NCBI RefSeq assembly: GCF_006345805.1
Contig: NC_043002.1
Span: 26,784,001 to 26,848,000 of the forward strand
DNA: 64,000 nt
Direction: 5' to 3'
Source: Octopus sinensis
Lineage: Eukaryota
Each line of letters begins with the position of its first letter. The first letter of the stretch is position 1. The position numbers and the translations under genes were made by a program. A model generated the notes under the pieces. The model did not search any database. It was not told the DNA's origin and saw nothing but the letters and a program-made list of their open reading frames with translations. Of the stretch, positions 39,501 through 52,041 are shown piece by piece.

Positions 39501-41393
39501 ATATATATAATATATATATATATAACTTACTTATATATAATATATATGCATATATACATACATATATCTACATACCTACATATGTATGTATATATACATG
39601 CATATATGGGTACAGGACATAAAAAAAACGTTGAATACAATGAGAAACGAAAGGAATAATAAAAACATAGAAACGAACGTTTTTCCGTCAACAAAAAAAA
39701 ACAAAACAACGAGACATACAACATATAGAATATTCCCCTTCTTCATTTGACCCTGTTTCATCTACTATGCGTTCGAACGTAAAGACAAGACGCGACTCCG
39801 TTGAAACAGTCCTTACCGCAAAGTAAATTCAATAAAATTCGGGATTTTTTGCGGGGGGGGGGTGAAAGTAGGAACAAGAACAGGGTAGTGAGAACAAAAC
39901 AGTGAAAACAATAAAAAAGTAAGAACCGTAAACGACAGAACAAGGAGAACAAAACAGTAAAAACAAACGATGTGGGCTGTTAAGTCAAGACGATGGAAAA
40001 AGTATTCTGAACTTTTAAGGAGATGGTCCGTTTAGTCTTTGGGAAGGTATTAGTCAGAATGATGGCTGTCCTCTCATCACGTGTCAGCGACGAGAGATAT
40101 ATGCATGACAGTCACCACATAGTTTCTGTCCTGCCCAATTTAAGGCCAAGATTGAGATTGAATTTTACATTAGGAGGTTGTAAACTGAACTTTTAAACCA
40201 TGTACTCACATCTGCTTTTCTTTCTCTCCCTCTCCCATCTCTCTCTTTCGTCCTCGGTATATATATATCTTCAATGTAACTTTCAAAAATATATGTCTAT
40301 TTTGAACTTCCGGTAACACAAGCAATTATATACAGTAAACTCACTGGCCTCGGACGGAGTGAAATGTTCAGGGGAGGACTAAAGTCCCTGCACATGTGTG
40401 AACAGAAATAGCCTGTCATTTGATCACTACTTGGCAAAAAGTTTGTTTGAATATCTCTGCAACTTGTATTCCACTTTATGTTCCATTGTTTTTTTTTTCA
40501 GTCAATATTCTTGAATTATTCGTCAATATCTTTTTTGAATTTTCATTGTCCTGTTCAATTAACAACTGCTTTGCAAAATGTCATCTTACAATAGTCTGCT
40601 TTAAAATTTGCATTATCAACTGTTGTATGTTTTGCCGGTGTTCTAGTTAGAATTAATATTTCATGTGTACCCAACCTCGTGAATTTGTTTCGACATCGCT
40701 TCTAGAAAAAATGGATACTTCTTAATGAAATTGTGTATAAATACGCTTCAAATGGTGTAAATTTCGATTATTTCAGAAATTATTGCAAAAATATATATTT
40801 TATCCACGGGCGGAGAGAGGAATTTTGAAAACAAAATAAGAAAAGAAATAATTTCACATGATTCGGTTTCGTTTCCTTTTAACTTGCAGAAAAAAGGGAT
40901 TTTTTTTTGGATGAAATTTTCTGTAAATACCTTTCAAAGTGTATACACTATGATTATATTGGATTTAGCATGAAAGAAGATTGTGGCCTGGCATATACAT
41001 ACTGACACACATCACATATATCTACATAAGTAAACTTGAAATTTTGAAAAAGAACAAGGGATTTGTATGAGTATTTTCGCCAAAATTGCTCACAATTTTT
41101 CTTTTCTCATCGAAATTCAATATAATCGTTATCTACATACACTGAAAAGTATTTGCAGAACATTATCTATCTCGCCGAAATATATGACGAAACATTTTCG
41201 AGTCGTGTGAATTTGTTGAAATGAATCTTCCTACCGCCTAGAAAACATTTTTTCACAACAAATTTCGATAAAATCGAAATTTACAATGCCTCAAAAGTAT
41301 TGGTAGGAAATTGTAGAACCACCCCTTGTTCGTGAAGGCATCAAGAAAAATGTGGGAAGCTCCCAATGTTGTAGGCATGCCCATTATTTTACC

Positions 41394-41696
41394 AACGGCA
41401 AATATAATTTTGGTATTTATCTTTACACTATAAGTAATACTAAGATTAAAATGCTACTAAATATTTTCATATCGGTTTGCTTCGCTTCACTTTTATTTTG
41501 TGTCTAACAACATTTTGTGTCTAATAACTGCATGTTATACACAAACAAACCATACACTTCTTTCGATTGCATGAAAAGGGTAATGTGAATGAGATGACCT
41601 CAATTCTTTACTGCATATAAACGGCAAATATAATTTTGGTATTTATCTTTACACCATAAGTAATACTAAGATTAAATTGCTACTAAATATTTTCAT
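41394..41696. repeat. 77-bp direct repeat pair, 149-bp spacer
   Basis: AACGGCAAATATAATTTTGG...AAATATTTTCAT at 41394-41470 and 41620-41696, two mismatches. Confidence 0.9.
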
Positions 41697-41899
41697 TTTT
41701 ATTATTATTGTACCTACCCGAGCCATGAGCTTGTCCACTAGTAGCACTAGCTCATCTCTCTCTCCAACGAACCATCGTAAGAACTGGCTAGTGATGTGGG
41801 TGGAATTGCTATTCTCTTTATATTTAAACGAGTTTAAATGTGCATAATTTCATACATTATTCTATACATTACAACTGCACAGTGTATTTTCTTTTTAGA

Positions 41900-42165
41900 T
41901 TGGCACTCTATCAGTTATGATGACGCGGGTTCTAATTGATCCGATCAACATAACAGCCAACTCGTGACAAACACGCGTACCATTAACGTAATTCTCGGGG
42001 AAATTCAGCGGGACACAGAATGTGTTAATGCTGACTCTATGAAATACAGGTACAACTTGTATTTGCCAGCTGAGTTCACTGGAGCTACGTAAAATAAAGT
42101 GTCTTGCTCAAGTACAAATGTGCCACTGGGGATCGAACCTTATGATCGTGATCCGAATACCTTCA
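41900..42165 (-). mobile_element. SINE family C, degraded
   Basis: TTGATCCGATCAAC, ATTCAGCGGGACACAGA and GAAATACAGGTACAAC match 5775-6133. Confidence 0.7.
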
Positions 42166-43642
42166 CTTACAGTATTTATGTAACATGACAACCAAAGCTT
42201 TTGTTAACAACACAACGTTGTGAGATCGACCCCGCAACCTCAATTGTTGGCAATTGCGCATCTTAACCACACGTCCATCTAAGTATATAAGTTTTATTAG
42301 CCTCATGGAACCGAACGGTCGTTTATTTATGATGGAATATTAAGTAGCCTTTCGCCTTTAGATGCGTTGATACTATATACATTTCTTAAATTATATTTTA
42401 ATTTATTGTGATTATTGTTTTAATTGACGGAATCGTCTTTCTCGAACGTCATTAAGTGATTCAGATTTAAAGTTAATTAGAAGACACTATGATTATCATA
42501 CAGCTTTCTTTGTGATAATGACGTATGCGCCGTGCATCATTTGTCATCTGTAACGAATACCTGTAACTATTGTTAAATGATATTATTAAGATGCAACACA
42601 ATATGATAAATACGATATGACGCCATAAATAATAATTTTGACTAGTTTGAATGTCCTCATTAATTTTTTATTATCACGTTGTTACATTTGTTTCTGACAT
42701 ATTTGTTATTATTGGAAATTATTTTAAACTGATGTAGCAGATATTTTTGTCATTTAAACAAAGGGGAAATATGAAACAAACTTATTTCTTTAAAATGCAA
42801 CTGATAGCAATTTTTTCACTATTTTGTAATTGTATGCATGTCTGCCATCAGCCTATTAGATTCATGCTCATCTACTCAAACATACTATGTAATGATTCAT
42901 GAGGCAGGGAGAGCTTTTACATGGTTATTCCACGTGCAAAAATTAAGAGTCTGTTTCGTTCAAATTACATCATTTGTGTTACAATTGGCACTAATTGATA
43001 TAACAAACAGATCACCAGGTCTTCAAAGCAGAATTATAGACGATATACAATATACAAGTGGGCGTGATCAGAGATTACTACATAACATATGGAAGGGTCG
43101 GAGTCTATACAACTATAAAACAACATACTTAGCATAACGAAGAAACTAAACGCAGTGAGTGAAAAAGGAAGTAAATGCAACATGTTCGGACTATCATATT
43201 GCAACATATACTGCCCACAAGAATGAACTGTATGGTAGTAAGCTAAGCAGAGATATGATTGAAGTGCAAATATAGAATAGCGGTTACAATTGTTCAACCG
43301 ACTACCTGTACTTATCAGGTCTACTGAATTAGAGGTGGCTGGTTTTTCATAACTACAACAATGGTCTTAATAAGATTCTGCACATTTTAATAAGCTCTTA
43401 TTATTTATTGTAATTCCGCCTGAGTATCAAAGCTTACTACAAGCAGTTTCTTCTAAAATCTAAACGCCTCTCATTGATGGCAGAAAGATAAAATAAAACC
43501 CATCTGATTTGAGTAATAAAACTTGATATATTCACATGTGTCTTTTGAGCAAGCGATGGTCACTATGCGAAAACAAGCCACAACAATCAAATTCCTAGCG
43601 AATACTATTTCAGGCACACACACACACACACACATACACACA

Positions 43643-43688
<46 letters not shown>

Positions 43689-44834
43689 ACACACGCATAC
43701 ACACAAAAATACGGATTCAATATGATCCTACTTAGAATGATTGGGAGTAACGGTGGGCCATTAAGGCTGGGAAGTTTGGTTACAAGTTCAAAGTGAAGTC
43801 AGGGTTGAAATTCGACAACAACAAAATCAAAAGACGAAGCATTCTAATGAAATAGGCATAACATGGACAGCCACGGTTTAACAACATGAAAGCAGGTAAA
43901 GAGCAACTTCTTCGTGATCATCGGAGATGCAAAAAGTAGATAAATAAAGTTCCCTAAAACCATTTTTATCTCTTAACAATATTAAAATCCCATTTGATTG
44001 ACTATTTTTGGATAGACTAATTTTGAGTAGGAGATCAGATTTTAGGTTTCCTACATTGTCAGATGTGATGTGGGAATTAAACAACAACAAGCTTTAGGGA
44101 CTTTTTTTTTCAGAATTGTAAATAGCGAATTTTATAAATTTCCGTGTAGTCTTCAAGTAAATGTTGACAGTTAGATGTTTGTTTTGACAGGCATTCTTCA
44201 TGGTATAACAGAATGATTAGCCACCGGAGAAAAAATACAAATTACAACTTCAATTATGAAACAAATCAGGGTAGAATTAATAACATAATGCAAAGGAATA
44301 ACAAACAACTTCCCAAATAAACCGTTTCATTTACACGTTTAGTCCCTTGCGTTGGAACATTCCAATTATATGAGATTAATTTGTGCATCATATATTTAGT
44401 ATAAGGTGTATATCGTTCGAGTTTTGTAGGGTGACTAGTTTATATTTTATTTACAGTGTATGCTTATATTCTATGTACAGTGTACGTATAAACAAGTTCA
44501 AATTTGTATAAATCATTTCTTATGTAAAAACAAATGTTTGCCAGCGTGTTAAGGTCGTACGATGAACATCATATACAAACCAATCTCATAACTTTTGATT
44601 GAAGTAGTACAGATGACTAAAAGTATGAACATACATGCATACTTACATGCCTGCATCCGTCCGTCCATCCATATGTGTACACGTTCAGTCCCAACAAACC
44701 ACCAGTGCCTGAAATGAGGCAGACTGATCCGTGTACACATCGGACTGATTAGTCTTAACCGAACACACCGCGCCCGTCTTCCACGTCCATGTCATGTCCT
44801 TGGACATTGTCGACAACAACAGATGGACTAGTTG

Positions 44835-44897
<63 letters not shown>

Positions 44898-45739
44898 TGT
44901 GTGTGTGTGTACTATATTATTAAAGCTCCAAAATGTTCACAAAAATATCACAAAAACCGTGCTAGTCAGATTTTCACGTTCCCGTTTCTTGGTTGGGAAT
45001 GGAACATAAATATACAATTTACATTCACAGATGCACATTTAAAATTGGTTTTGTTTCATTGATCCTTTCAATTAACGATCTTTTTAAGAACGGGTGATAT
45101 ACATGAGAACACTAAGTAGCAGTTTTGTTTTATGATATTTTTGCGATGATTTTGCACCTTTAATAATAAAGCATATTACTCTAACTCCGGTATTCGAGTA
45201 CTATTTTCCCCACCTTTCACATTTATGTGCTTACTTTGGTATACACACACATATATATGATTTGTAATTGATTTAGAGTGATGAAAAGTTCCGAGATGGT
45301 TGCTGGAAACAAAACCTTGTGAAAATATCATGTCAGCTATTCACACCATGACTTTACACTGTTTATTTTATGTCTTCAATAGTGTTGTCTTCTGTAATGT
45401 GATGTATACTAAAATATGTCAATATGTTTTGCTGTGATCTGTCGAACAATGTTCGTAGTTCCACTGCAATGCAGATGAAGCGAGGTCATCGTATATATGC
45501 ATATATGCACACATACATATACAAGCACACATACGTGTCTGTGTTTCCCTATTTGTGAATGTGTTTGTAACAACTCAACAACATAATTTCTTTGTTAAAC
45601 TAATACATATGAACACGTTATTTGCTTTATCTGTTTAACTTGTATTTGAAGTTGTCTTTTGATTATGGTGTTGTTGAACACCCAGTAAAATGTGTACATA
45701 TTCACACAAATGTATGCATGTATGCTTGTGGACATATAT

Positions 45740-46725
45740 ATTAGGTTGTTTCGAAATAATGGCTGCTATAAGCGTTGTGTTTTGAAACGCAATTTTATCG
45801 TAGTATTTTAATTATTTTTTAGGTGAATTTCCACATACTTAATAATTGACGTATGCTCTTTAATAATTTTCTACTAATTTCAGACAGAAAACATTTTTGA
45901 AGCATAGGCACCCTTAATTATGAACATGTCAAAAATGGACTTCGCTTACGTTTCTGGCATAAATTCAAGCTTGTGCATAATGCCTCGCAAACTGCTGCCA
46001 ATATGAACAGAGCATGGGAAGAAGGGTCCACAAGTGATCGCACTGTACGAAGAACTTCCATAGTGGTGATGGGAACCTTGAAGATGAAGAAGGTAGAGGA
46101 CGGTCATGCAGTTGTGACAATGAACAATTGAAAGCGATTGTTAAACAAAACCCATGTCAAACTGTCAGAGAAATGTTTGAGAACAGTCTTACGCAATCTG
46201 CAGAAGATTGGTATGGTGAGAAAGCTCAAAAAATAGATACCGCATGAGCTCAATGAAAATCAAAACGTTCAGTGTATTGAAGTGTGCTCGATGGTCTTTC
46301 TGCGAAACACCAATGATTCTTTTCTTGACCGAAAAGTCACTTGCGCCGAAAAGTGGATCTTTTATGATTACCGTAAACAATCAGTCCAACGGCGTGATCA
46401 TGGTGAATCCCCAAACAGTTCCTAAAGCCAAAATTGCATCAGCAAAAGAGTATGTTGACTGTCTGGTGGTCCATTGGTGCTGTCCATTACAGTTTTCTGG
46501 AAGCCAATCAGAGCATTACAGCAGTAGTTTACTGCAATCAATTCGCTGTAATGCATGCTCACTTGCAAAAAATGAGACCTGCATTGGTGAATTGCCGTGG
46601 TCCAATTGTGCTCCACGATAATGCAAAGCTATATGATGCAATAGTGACGCTGCAAAAATTTACAGACTTGGAATATGAGACTTTACCACATCCTCCATGT
46701 TCTGATTTTTCACCCATTTTTTCAA
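45740..46725 (+). mobile_element. mariner (DD34D) transposon relic, Hsmar1/cecropia-like
   Basis: 5' TIR-like ATTAGGTTG; HKFKLVHNASQTAANMNRAWEEGST, VTCAEKWIFYD, MLTVWW, VLHDNAK, LPHPPCSDFSP; frameshifted, 3' end lost. Confidence 0.88.
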
Positions 46726-46789
46726 CACACACACACACACACTCTCTCTCTCTCCCCTCTCTCTCTCCCTCTTTCTCTCTCTCTCTCTC

Positions 46790-47045
46790 TCTGGGTACTG
46801 GGGTCGATCAAATCGACTGGCACACCTCCCTAAAAATTTCGGGCCTTGTGCCTGGTGTAGAAAAGAATCGTTACCATGCCGGGCAAAATGCTTAGAGGCG
46901 TTTCGTCCGTCATTACGCTCAAATTTCGCTGAGGCCAACTTTCATCTTTTCGGGGTCAATAAAATAAGCACCAGTTGAGTGATGAAGTCCATGTAATCAA
47001 TTTGTTCCCTCCCTCAAAATTGCTGGCTTTTTGCCAAAATGTTAA
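46790..47045 (+). mobile_element. SINE-B-related fragments (tail plus near-complete copy)
   Basis: GGGGTCGATCAAATCGACT, CCGGGCAAAATGCTTAG and TTTCATCTTTTCGGGGTCAATAAAATAAGCACCAG. Confidence 0.65.
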
Positions 47046-47052
47046 ATAATAA

Positions 47053-47083
<31 letters not shown>

Positions 47084-47151
47084 TATTATTATTATTGTTA
47101 TTATTATTATTATCATCATCATCATTATTGTTATTATTATTATTATTATTA

Positions 47152-47183
<32 letters not shown>

Positions 47184-47714
47184 GAGTGTGAGAGCAGTGC
47201 ATGCCAAGCGAAGCCCAGTATACCCATCATGACTGCCCGTCTGATAAGGGTACACGAGGCACATGCATCACAAACATAAGTGCGTGAAATGGTGGTTTCA
47301 TATCAAGATAAACAGCACATTACCTTTCAGGTGGGGCCCAGTTAGAAATTTCTTCTGGTCGAGTAACACATCCCGCTCAAAAGGTCCCTGAATAAGGGTT
47401 GTTTAAGGATTTTGAACGAAATACCCATGTTTCCAAAGGTGAATTATTCAAACTGCAAAGAATTGCTCTCAACACATGGCTATGATGTTCCCCCACTACT
47501 TCTGCTCGTGATCAGAGATGCAAATATTGTCAGCCACTAAGAGACATGCTCAACTGTTTAAGGTCAAACAACTGACAAGCAAATATGTAGTATTGATCAG
47601 AATATTTGCTGTAGCCCATCTTGTATACCAAAACAAAACACTGTACATGTTAACACTTCCAATCAGTTCAGATCAGAAACCAAGAGAGCCACTGCCTGGT
47701 ACTGCATCAGGGCA
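47184..47714 (-). mobile_element. non-coding ~530-bp element embedded in a (TAA)n tract, unclassified
   Basis: Sharp boundaries, (TAT)n on both flanks, higher GC than surroundings, no recognisable ORF; strand inferred from flank orientation. Confidence 0.55.
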
Positions 47715-47726
47715 TTATCATAATTA

Positions 47727-47778
<52 letters not shown>

Positions 47779-47780
<2 letters not shown>

Positions 47781-48083
47781 GTTTGACTTTAGATTAATAT
47801 TTGTACAAGTCGGCTCCAAGTCTTACCCAGAGACCTCAGGAGATAAAAACTTGGATGTTGATGTTGGCGTTATGTCTAAGGTGCCATATATTTGGTTTTC
47901 TACTTAGTGTTGTACTTGTGAATGTTTAAGAAACCAAAATGTCCCTTTTTCTTTCATTCCTAGGGCACCTATGACAACAGGTACTGTTTTAATCTTCAGG
48001 CTCCACATTTTGCTAATTTCTATTTCCAGATCTTTATACTTGCTCAGTTTTTGGTAGGTCTTGACCGATATGTTTATATCGAT
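47779..48083 (-). mobile_element. R4/Dong-clade retrotransposon 3' fragment
   Basis: KLSKYKDLEIEISKMWSLKIKTVPVVIGALGM (RLE C-terminus); (TAT)n at its 3' side, (TTC)n then (TTA)n at its 5' side. Confidence 0.85.
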
Positions 48084-48189
48084 TATCATTCTTCTTCTTC
48101 TTCTTCTTCTTCTTCTTCTTCTTCTTCTTCTTCTTCTTCTTCTTCTTCTTCTTCTTCTTCTTCTTCTTCTTCTCCCTCTTCTTCTTCTT

Positions 48190-48269
<80 letters not shown>

Positions 48270-48674
48270 TTCGCGATTTCCACCGTTTTAATTTTTACGA
48301 CGGGAATTTCACATGAGATTGCATATCGAATATGTATTTAGTGTTGCTCAACCCTACTTAATCTCTGGCTGTGACCCTATCTTTCAAGACAAGACGATAT
48401 TGTGTAATTGTCTATGGACATTCTAATTTTTTCTTCTACATCAAGATCCATGAAATCCAAATATCAAATACTCTATAGGCTTTCAAGATTTTCGGATGAC
48501 TAAACAGAATCATTCTGCAATCTTCTGGCCGAAGCCTCTTCATATGCAACTATTTGATAATGTGGTGCTATATACACTATACAAGAAAAAGAAAACTACA
48601 TATTCACAAAGTTTACACGTCCACATATAGTCATTTTGAAGGCTAAAGAAGAAGATTTACAAGTTTTTCGATAA

Positions 48675-49078
48675 ACTTGTGGTAAGTAGCTTGCCTACCA
48701 ACCACATGGTTCTGGGTTCAGTCCCACTGCGTGGCATCTTGGTCAAGTGTCTTCTGCTATAGCCCCGGGCCGACCAATGCCTTGTGAGTGAAATTGGTAG
48801 ACGGAAACTGAAAGAAGCCTGTCGTATATATGTATATATATATATGCGTGTGTGTGTTTGTGTGAGTGTGTTTGTACCCCTAGCATTACTTGACAACCGA
48901 TGCTGGTGTGTTTATGTCCCCGTCACCTAGCGGTTCGGCAAAAGAGACCGATAGAATAAGTACTGGGCTTAGAAAGAATAAGTCCCGGGGTCGATTTGCT
49001 CGACTAAAAGCGGTGCTCCAGCATGGCCGCAGTCAAAAGACTGAAACAAGTAAAAGAGTAAAAGAGTAAAAAGAGTAA
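48675..49078 (+). mobile_element. tRNA-derived SINE family A
   Basis: Head GTGGTAAGTAGCTTGCCTACC...GGTTCAGTCCC; tail GGTGCTCCAGCATGGCCGCAGTCAAAAGACTGAAACA(AGTAAAAG)n. Confidence 0.92.
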
Positions 49079-49423
49079 ACTCTGAAAAGAGAAATTAGCT
49101 TAGAGATTGCGGAATTTTACTCTTTTTCTTGTATCTTTTAGGTGTTCGGACATCCTATTTCTCAGGAATCTTTTAAAAGCTTGGTACTTAATCCAGTCCC
49201 TTTTACCGAGGTACGGGAACGTATACTACCCAACAGCAGTTATCAAGTGGTGAGGAAGCATGCACAAAGTCAAAATAATACACACGCATATGTATATAAA
49301 TACTAGACCGCCTGTGACCCTTTGGGTGACCGGGCGGGAAACTCTGAGTTTCCCCAAAACGGAGTTTTGTTTCGTGGGCTTTTTTTCTTTTCCAAGTTGA
49401 TGAATTAAGTTTACCCTGAAATA

Positions 49424-49459
<36 letters not shown>

Positions 49460-49534
49460 TGTATGTATGTATGTATGTATGTATGTATGTATGTATGCAT
49501 GTATGTATGGTATGTATGTATGTATGTATGTATG

Positions 49535-49595
<61 letters not shown>

Positions 49596-49647
49596 CAATA
49601 ATAAATCTCTGAACGAGATGTAAACAGTAACCGCTCGACAATGTAAA

Positions 49648-49895
49648 GTATACTAGCCATCTCAATATGGCTAACCACTGTAGCTTTTAGCCCCAGGCGA
49701 TCATCGTCTCCAGCTGGCTTTTAGGCACACTTTCTGTGCCCTTATTGTATTTGCAAAGGCATGACCTCCCTTTGCAAATACCATAAGGGCACAGAAAATG
49801 TGCCTAAAGCCAGCTGGAGACGATGATCGCCTGGGGCTAAAAGCTACAGTAACACCCACCCTTAGTGGTTAGCCAGATTGAGATGGCTAGTATAC
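49648..49895. mobile_element. fold-back (almost fully palindromic) MITE
   Basis: Two ~110-125-bp inverted arms around a 9-nt loop (CATGACCTC); few mismatches; 16 extra nt in the right arm; TA at both ends. Confidence 0.8.
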
Positions 49896-49949
49896 CTTAG
49901 GTATATATATATATAACTGCAGCTATCGAACAACAATCTTATATATATA

Positions 49950-49994
<45 letters not shown>

Positions 49995-50094
49995 CACAAA
50001 TACATATATATATTTATTTATATATATAGGAAGGGTGTTGAACAATTGCTGACATTAAGGGTGTCGCTAAAGGTCTGGGTGGAGGCCCAACCTT

Positions 50095-50242
50095 GCGAGT
50101 TCTTTTACAGGGTTTAGAAACACTGAAGAATTGCTGCAATATGTGTGCGACTCTGAGAGGGGAATATGGTGAATAAAATCATAATTAACTGATTTTCTTG
50201 TATTTTCTTTTACCCAAAGCAAGGGACTTCCAGCATTCCCTC
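50095..50242 (+). mobile_element. mariner 3' end relic
   Basis: LQGLETLKNCCNMCATLRGEYGE* followed by a TIR remnant matching the 25531 MITE. Confidence 0.7.
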
Positions 50243-50899
50243 ATTTATATAAATACATGCAAACACACACATCATATAAGGCACACACGCACACACACAC
50301 AGCACACACTCACACACACACACATATATACACACGAACATTCATGCAAATATGTACGTGCGTACATCTGTGTATTTATAGAAAGTATAAATATCTATAT
50401 ATATGGGTGTGCGTGTGTATTCATCTGAATTCACACGCACACCCATATTCTCTATAACAACAAGCGTAAACCTTAATATCCATTGATCAATCATTCCTAA
50501 CATTAATTCTAACATTACGGCATAGCATGAAAATAAGCCTAATTAGAAATCAGATATGAATGCTTTTACACATTCGAATAATAGCTGTAATCCGCAAGTA
50601 ATTCGGAATGCTGATTCTCATTCCACAACTAATTACTTTATATATAACAGTAGACGTGTAGACCTTGCCCTACATCTACAAGAAAGTAGTAATATTGACA
50701 AACAAACCTCATTCTAATTAAGTAATAGGTGCGTAAGCCATTTACAGAATATGCGTAACAAATTGCTTATGTTACTTACATTATTGCCAAAATTATCATA
50801 CTTAATGACAAGCGTCTTCCTGCAGCCCGTCATCCTATTAGCATTAATAATATGAGCAAACATAATTGCAATAATAAGGAAAATTCTAAAGAGTCTTCC

Positions 50900-51420
50900 A
50901 AGACACAACAAAATTTGATTCAGCATATGAATTCAGATAACGAATCTTGCAAATCAAATACAAAATCGAAACCGAATTCGAATTTTCTATTAACGTTTAG
51001 CCCATTAATAATGAGAGAGATGTCCTAAATACTTCGGGGAAAATTTGACCGAATGGCATTGCCAATGATAATGTTCCGCATAATTTTTGTAAAATAATTC
51101 ACCTATTTATAGCTGTGGATTTGCTATGAAATGTCACCTCAGAAATTGCTCAATGATATCTATAATCTATATATTTGTAAAGTAACAACAAATAGAAACA
51201 GAAAATGTTACATTTGTTCAACATCAAATATTTTGAAAATAGGATTCTCGGCACACATATCTACATTTCAAAGTATAAAAGCTGATATATCATTAGCAGA
51301 ACATATATGGAATTTAAACATTAAGAGAGATTCCTTTCCAACTAGGATGGAGTATTATAAACAGTTTTCCAATATATAAAACTAACAGGCGTGGGTTTGG
51401 GCTTTATACATACGAATTTA
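50900..51420 (+). mobile_element. Penelope-like element C-terminal GIY-YIG endonuclease relic (Neptune-like)
   Basis: IYICKVTT...KCYICST...F...H...F...LAEHIWNL pattern; upstream IYSC motif. Confidence 0.65.
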
Positions 51421-51749
51421 TCCACAATATACACGCAGAAATAACCTACTAAATTGCAAACACGAAGTCATTTTAAGTCGTGCTTATAAAAACTTTTAAT
51501 AGTTCAAAATTAACAACTACGACTAATTTAAAACGAATTATACTATGCATCCCACAATATAATTTCTTATTCATAAGCTTCAAATTGTACAAGTGTATCA
51601 TGATTACTGCCCATCTTAAAAATTCTTTGCAATGGTGTTGGACTTATTTTGAAAGTTTAGCTTTTATAGCTCTACGTATAAAGGGTATAAGGATTGGGTT
51701 TTCAGTAACATGCATACATTGAAGAATGAATATAAACATGCTTATGTGT

Positions 51750-52037
51750 ATACGAAGGGGTACCCAAACGAAACCGGCATTTTGCAACATTATTGCATTC
51801 ACTTAGTTTTACATGTTTACACTTTTGTCGTCTTCAAATTATTCTCCATTTAAGACAACGCAAAGAACCAGACGCGTTTTCTACTATTCAAAGCAATGCT
51901 GGACCCTCGCAGAGTGATGCTTTTTAACATCTTTATCGCTTCTTTCTTCACCTCTTCCACATCCGCAAATTCTGTAGCACCAGCTTTTGTCACCAGTGAC
52001 GACCTTCGAAAACACGTCCGGATCAACTTCTAGCCCT
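51750..52037 (-). mobile_element. mariner deletion derivative
   Basis: KVVTGDKSWCY fused to FADVEEVKKE; TIR TACGAAGGGGTACCCAAACGAAACCGG. Confidence 0.75.
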
Positions 52038-52041
52038 TCTT

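Noticed and set aside
42990-43320. Possible ancient LINE C-terminal relic (IWKG..., QLFNRLP)
   Set aside because: Similarity too weak and fragmented to support a call.
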